From Candidatus Omnitrophota bacterium (GTDB lineage: Bacteria; Omnitrophota; Gorgyraeia; Zapsychrales; Aceulaceae), in the NCBI GenBank assembly GCA_028693815.1, contig JAQUUP010000001.1, positions 8,433 to 72,432 on the forward strand: a stretch of 64,000 nucleotides of DNA, in the 5' to 3' direction. The notes under the pieces were generated by a model. That model ran no database searches. It was not told the origin of the DNA and saw nothing but the letters and a program-made list of their open reading frames with translations. Shown here piece after piece: positions 60,022 to 64,000 of this stretch. The position numbers and the translations under genes are program-made. Within the stretch, counting starts at the first letter, position 1. The number at the start of each line of letters is the position of its first letter.

Positions 60022-60387
60022 TTAACGCAGCATCACTTTCTCTATCATTCTTATCAAAGCATCAGAATCATATGGTTTTTCTAAGTAGCCATCCGGCTTT
60101 TCTTGCAAAACCAGCTTTTTTTGCTCATCATCTTTCATGGCTGTTGAAATTATCACAGGAATATCTTTTGTATATAAAGACAATTTTAAATTCTTTAACG
60201 TACTAAGCCCTCCTCCTCCAGGCAACTTTAAGTCAAGAACGATCACATCAGGTTTTTCGTTATGCGCAAGTTCAACTGCACGAAAACAATCAAAAGCTGC
60301 CATCACCTGATGACCGTGTTCAATTAAACGCCTATTCATAACAGTCAAAAAATCAAGATCGTCTTCAACAAAAAGAATTTTAGACAT
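60022..60387 (-). CDS. Single-domain response regulator (REC)
   Basis: 121 aa; KILFVEDD...DVIVLDLKLPGGGG...STAM...YLEKPY. Confidence 0.85.
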   Translation of the reverse strand: MSKILFVEDDLDFLTVMNRRLIEHGHQVMAAFDCFRAVELAHNEKPDVIVLDLKLPGGGGLSTLKNLKLSLYTKDIPVIISTAMKDDEQKKLVLQEKPDGYLEKPYDSDALIRMIEKVMLR

Positions 60388-60473
60388 AGCATTCCTCCGT
60401 GTTTCATTTTACCTTGAAAAATGATGTTTTCAATTTATAATTATTCTAATACTAATATATATAATTAAGAAAA

Positions 60474-61964
60474 CTAGCGATTATTTGCAGAACAAAGATT
60501 GGCAAGTTCTTTTTGAACTGAAGAATTTAAAGAAGAAGCTTTGACACGCCATTCCCAATTGCTTGTAATCGTTGAAGGCTGGTTCATGCGAGCAGACTCA
60601 TCTAAACCTAAAATATCCTGTAGTGGAAGAATAACAGTATCCGCTATAGAATTCATTGCTAATTTGACAAAAATCAAGGCAATATTATTTTCTGTTGGCT
60701 CTTGGCCTACAATTTTATTAATCTGAACTTTAGCTTCTTCAGTGGCTTCCCGGCGAAACCAGCCTTTAGTTGTATTATTATCGTGCGTTCCCGTGTAAAC
60801 AATACAATTTTTAATATGGTTTTGGGGCAAGTAAGGGTTGTCCTCTTTGCCATCAAAAGCAAACTGCAGAATTTTCATTCCTGGAAAACGATAACGCTTA
60901 ATGACTTCTTTAACATCTGCTGTAATGATGCCCAAATCTTCAGCAATAATAGGAAACTCTTTAAAATAATCTAAAAGCTCATCAAAAAAATTATATACAT
61001 TAACTTTAGCCCACTTGCCGTTAATCGCCGTCTGCTCACCTTTCGGAATTTCCCAAAAATCCACAAAACCCCTAAAATGATCAATGCGCACAATATCAAA
61101 ACAATCAAAGTTATATTTTAACCGTTTTTTCCACCAATCATAGCCTGAAGATTGCAAAACATCCCATCGGTAAACAGGGTTGCCCCAGAGCTGTCCTGTC
61201 TCGCTAAAATAATCCGGCGGAACTCCTGCTAAAAATTCGCATTCTCCATTTTCGTCTAATTTAAAAATTTCCTTATTCGCCCACGCATCGGCACTATCGT
61301 GCTGGACATAAATAGGAGCATCCCCGATAACTTTAATACCTTTCTTGTTACAATATCCCTTTAAATCAAACCATTGAGAATAAAAAAGATATTGAAAAAA
61401 TTTTTCTCGCAAAATAAATTCGTGCAACTCCTCTCGATACGCTTCCATGGCAGCTGGCTCTCTTTTTCGGATATTTTCCGGCCATTGACACCAAGAGGCA
61501 CCTTCAAATTTTTCTTTCAACGCAACAAACAAACTATAATCATCAAGCCAAACCTTATTCTTCTCATAAAAACTTTTAAAACTTTTATCTGAAGATATTG
61601 TTTTTTTTACATTATGAAAGGCTCGATACAAAACATCTACCTTATGCATAGCAACCGCCACATAATCGACACGGTCTCCAGAAAACTTTACTTCTTTTAA
61701 ATCATTTTGCGTTAAAAACCCATCTCTAATTAAGAATTCTGGACTAATCAAAAGAACATTACCGGCAAAAGCCGAACAGCTGCTATATGGAGAATTAGAA
61801 AGAGCGATGTCCGTCGGATTTAAAGGCAAAACTTGCCAATACGATTGTTTGCTATTTTTTAAGAAATCAGCAAACTGATACGCTCCAGAACCAAAATCGC
61901 CAATTCCATGTGGTGACGGTAAAGATGTAATATGAAGCAAAACTCCGCTTTTCCGTTTAGACAT
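60474..61964 (-). CDS. malQ: 4-alpha-glucanotransferase (amylomaltase, GH77)
   Basis: 496 aa; SGVLLHITSLPSPHGIGDFG start, IGDAPIYV..DSADAW region, TGTHDN. Confidence 0.9.
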   Translation of the reverse strand: MSKRKSGVLLHITSLPSPHGIGDFGSGAYQFADFLKNSKQSYWQVLPLNPTDIALSNSPYSSCSAFAGNVLLISPEFLIRDGFLTQNDLKEVKFSGDRVDYVAVAMHKVDVLYRAFHNVKKTISSDKSFKSFYEKNKVWLDDYSLFVALKEKFEGASWCQWPENIRKREPAAMEAYREELHEFILREKFFQYLFYSQWFDLKGYCNKKGIKVIGDAPIYVQHDSADAWANKEIFKLDENGECEFLAGVPPDYFSETGQLWGNPVYRWDVLQSSGYDWWKKRLKYNFDCFDIVRIDHFRGFVDFWEIPKGEQTAINGKWAKVNVYNFFDELLDYFKEFPIIAEDLGIITADVKEVIKRYRFPGMKILQFAFDGKEDNPYLPQNHIKNCIVYTGTHDNNTTKGWFRREATEEAKVQINKIVGQEPTENNIALIFVKLAMNSIADTVILPLQDILGLDESARMNQPSTITSNWEWRVKASSLNSSVQKELANLCSANNR

Positions 61965-61981
61965 TTTTCAATTCCATTATT

Positions 61982-64000
61982 TTATACTGTTTCAACTTGA
62001 AGAAATTCCCCTAAAAGCTCAAAAGCCTCAACCCATCTTTGGGATCGAGGATCTCTTTTTTCAGCTTGTCCTTTTTTATCTTTGAGCAATTTGCGATTTA
62101 GAATAAAATAAATATTCTGCGCTTTCCACAAATCTAACTTATAATTTAAAATACTTAGACTTTCAACGACAGAAATAAGCGTTTCAATCAAATTAATATC
62201 ATCTGGATTTTTAATCAATTCTTTCATCAGCTCATTAACTTTTCGTCCAGCAATAAAACAAATTGTTTGCTTATCACGGCTAAAAGACCATCTCATAATT
62301 TCCCAAACAAGCATTCTCAATCGCTTTAAGTCAATAGGATCAGATTGAATCACATCGCACAAATCTCTATTTAAAACAAATTCTGCAATTGTTGCAAGCG
62401 CCTTAGGCAACGTTACTTGAAGCTCCTTTTGAACTTGCATCAAAGGATGATGCTTTTCATAAATCTCCCTAAACGATTCTTCGATTTCATCCATCGTCGT
62501 TTTCAAAACTTCATCTAATATTTTTTGCTGCTCTTCTTTAAAAAGATGTTCTAAAGAATAATTTTCTGGGCCATAATATTTATCTATCAAGCGATTTGCT
62601 TCTGGAATTTGTTTTGTAATAAATGCCTCAACAATTTCTTTTTGTGCTTGGCTATAATCTCCTTCTAAAAGTTCCTTAACACCGCGAATAATATTGTGAT
62701 TTCCCAAATGAAATCCTGCGAAAAAGATAGGCGTTTGTTCAAGCGTTATATCAGACTGCACTGTCCCGCATCCCATCGAAAGCTTAAGCCGTTCGTCCTC
62801 TTTTTGATATGAGCGCTCTGTTCGAATTGTATAACAATAAATTTTTGTTTCCTTTGGATACTTTTCAAACAAAGACGAAACCGCGTAATGAGCTCCAACT
62901 CTAAAAAGATCAACAACAAACGGTTGCACCTGTTGCAGATAAATATTTCTTGCATCGCCAATTTCTTTAACATTACTTTTTATTTTTTCTAAAAGACCCA
63001 AGAATGATTCTTCTATTTTTATGCCAGAGACTTCTTTTATTAACTGAATTACACGCGCCGCATATTTTAAAACTTGCGTTGGCTCAATGCCAGAAATTTC
63101 ATCAAAAAACCATCCACAGCTTGTATACATCAGCTGAGCGTTTCGCTGCATTTCTAAAAGCTTCAATATTTTAACCTTATCATTTTCAGATAAAGATCTT
63201 TGAATATTTTTGGCAAAAAAGCTCTCAACAGCCTTCTTATCTCGATTTAAAATTACCGAAATATACTGATTTCGTAGCGCCCAAACATCTTCGACAAACA
63301 GCCCCATCTCTTTTTCATAAACTTTAATGCCTTCATCTCTTAGCCAATCAAGCGAAAAACGTAAACCCTCACGCCATTTCTGATTCCATTTTGGATTTGT
63401 GCCTATACAACAACCACAATCTGAGCGCCATCGCTCTATCCCATGAGCACAGCTCCAAGAAGTATTTTCATGAATCTCAACCTCTTCTTGAGGAGGAAAC
63501 TTCTCTAGAAATTCTCCATAAATTGTTATTTTAGCTAAATTATTCTTTTCAATAGTCCGCAAACAATAAGCAAGAGCCATGTCTGCAAATTTATGATGAT
63601 GTCCGTATGTTTCTCCATCCGTTGCAATATGAACAATTTGATTTTCTTCTGTTTTAATATCAAACGCTCTCAAAAGTCGCCTGGAAAACTCTTCTCCATC
63701 ATTTAAAAGTCCTTCAAAAGCAACACCTTGCGCAATAGGCCCATCATAAAAGAAAATAACAATATTTTTTCCTGAAGGAAGCCTGCATAAATACGGTTTC
63801 TTAGGATCGATTTTTTGACCTTCTACAGAAATCCATTTTTTGTCCAATATCTTCTTCACACTCTTCGCTTGATGAGGCGCTAAAATAGTAAATAAAATCC
63901 CATATTCTGCTAAAATTTCTAGTGTTACAATATCGACAGCAGTTTCCGCAAGCCACATGCCTTCGGGTTTTCGCTTAAAACGATATTCAAAATCTTTAAT
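61982..64000 (-). CDS. Glycoside hydrolase family 57 enzyme (alpha-glucan branching / amylopullulanase type), C-terminal about 670 aa; N-terminus beyond the window
   Basis: GH57 regions III (EGMWLAETAV) and IV (ATDGETYGHH) are present; the frame is open to the window edge at 64000, so regions I/II must lie upstream of the window. Confidence 0.7.
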   Translation of the reverse strand: MKDFEYRFKRKPEGMWLAETAVDIVTLEILAEYGILFTILAPHQAKSVKKILDKKWISVEGQKIDPKKPYLCRLPSGKNIVIFFYDGPIAQGVAFEGLLNDGEEFSRRLLRAFDIKTEENQIVHIATDGETYGHHHKFADMALAYCLRTIEKNNLAKITIYGEFLEKFPPQEEVEIHENTSWSCAHGIERWRSDCGCCIGTNPKWNQKWREGLRFSLDWLRDEGIKVYEKEMGLFVEDVWALRNQYISVILNRDKKAVESFFAKNIQRSLSENDKVKILKLLEMQRNAQLMYTSCGWFFDEISGIEPTQVLKYAARVIQLIKEVSGIKIEESFLGLLEKIKSNVKEIGDARNIYLQQVQPFVVDLFRVGAHYAVSSLFEKYPKETKIYCYTIRTERSYQKEDERLKLSMGCGTVQSDITLEQTPIFFAGFHLGNHNIIRGVKELLEGDYSQAQKEIVEAFITKQIPEANRLIDKYYGPENYSLEHLFKEEQQKILDEVLKTTMDEIEESFREIYEKHHPLMQVQKELQVTLPKALATIAEFVLNRDLCDVIQSDPIDLKRLRMLVWEIMRWSFSRDKQTICFIAGRKVNELMKELIKNPDDINLIETLISVVESLSILNYKLDLWKAQNIYFILNRKLLKDKKGQAEKRDPRSQRWVEAFELLGEFLQVETV

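Noticed and set aside
1-64000. Screened for rRNA genes, additional tRNAs, CRISPR arrays, IS elements, transposases and integrases
   Set aside because: No long periodic repeats, no DDE/tyrosine-recombinase-like ORFs and no further T-loop (GGTTCGAATCC-type) signatures were found by eye.

Overview
This 64-kb window is about 37% GC and comes from an uncultivated-looking bacterium. Genes are densely packed and mostly on the minus strand. I see no rRNA, CRISPR array, IS element or transposase.

Genes and RNA features, roughly 5' to 3':
- Window start to 8.7 kb: partial GT-C/YfhO-like membrane protein, rsmI, glmS, rpmA, a DsbA-like protein with a monothiol CPYS motif, then a cassette of a D-Ala-D-Ala carboxypeptidase, a Ddl-like ATP-grasp ligase and an HExxH metallopeptidase, then uppP.
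- 9.0-12.1 kb: a heat-shock operon on the minus strand (hspR-like MerR regulator, three Hsp20 paralogs including one membrane-anchored, a DnaJ-like J-protein). It is driven by a sigma70-like promoter overlapping a perfect palindromic operator with TCGAAATAT half-sites, plus a CIRCE-like inverted repeat (TTGGCACTC-N9-GAGTGCCAA).
- tRNA-Glu(CUC) and tRNA-Leu(GAG), both on the minus strand.
- 12.5-16.8 kb: FIST sensor, GAF histidine kinase, a REC-GGDEF regulator with a non-canonical GGDDF motif, and a Cys-rich prepilin-type protein.
- 16.8-39.8 kb: a 23-kb co-directional run containing rpe, then a nitrogen/glutamine block: pyrG, purF, carB, carA, gltD, gltB, nadE, a class-I GATase, GS type III, PII and amt. 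Together with glmS, almost every glutamine-amidotransferase-dependent enzyme is here.
- 39.8-40.2 kb: a repeat-rich leader upstream of amt with a promoter, three copies of an 18-bp motif, a 4x 14-bp tandem repeat and a terminator-like hairpin.
- 40.1-43.8 kb: a higher-GC island with a dinD-like pseudogene, an FGE/SUMF1-family protein and a DUF1016 plus staphylococcal-nuclease fusion.
- 43.8-53.6 kb: GAF-GAF-ANTAR regulator, a REC, VIT-family and ferredoxin-like membrane/small proteins, LhgO-like oxidoreductase, thiolase, and a GH65 phosphorylase / trehalose-phosphatase / beta-phosphoglucomutase trio.
- 53.7-60.4 kb: a signalling cluster of REC, REC, a dCache-4xPAS histidine kinase, a PilB/GspE-type pilus ATPase with a C-terminal REC domain, and another REC.
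- 60.5 kb to window end: malQ and a partial GH57 gene.

Most notable observations:
1. A G9 homopolymer splits the Sec signal peptide from the mature FGE-domain protein; a +1 or -2 change restores a full secreted preprotein. This is either a phase-variable contingency locus or a homopolymer assembly error.
2. A PilB/GspE motor ATPase is fused to a C-terminal receiver domain inside a histidine-kinase and CheY-like cluster, suggesting direct phosphorelay control of pilus extension.
3. The heat-shock operon appears to carry both an HspR-type palindromic operator and a variant CIRCE element.
4. The amt leader shares a duplicated extended promoter motif with hspR and is unusually long and repeat-rich.
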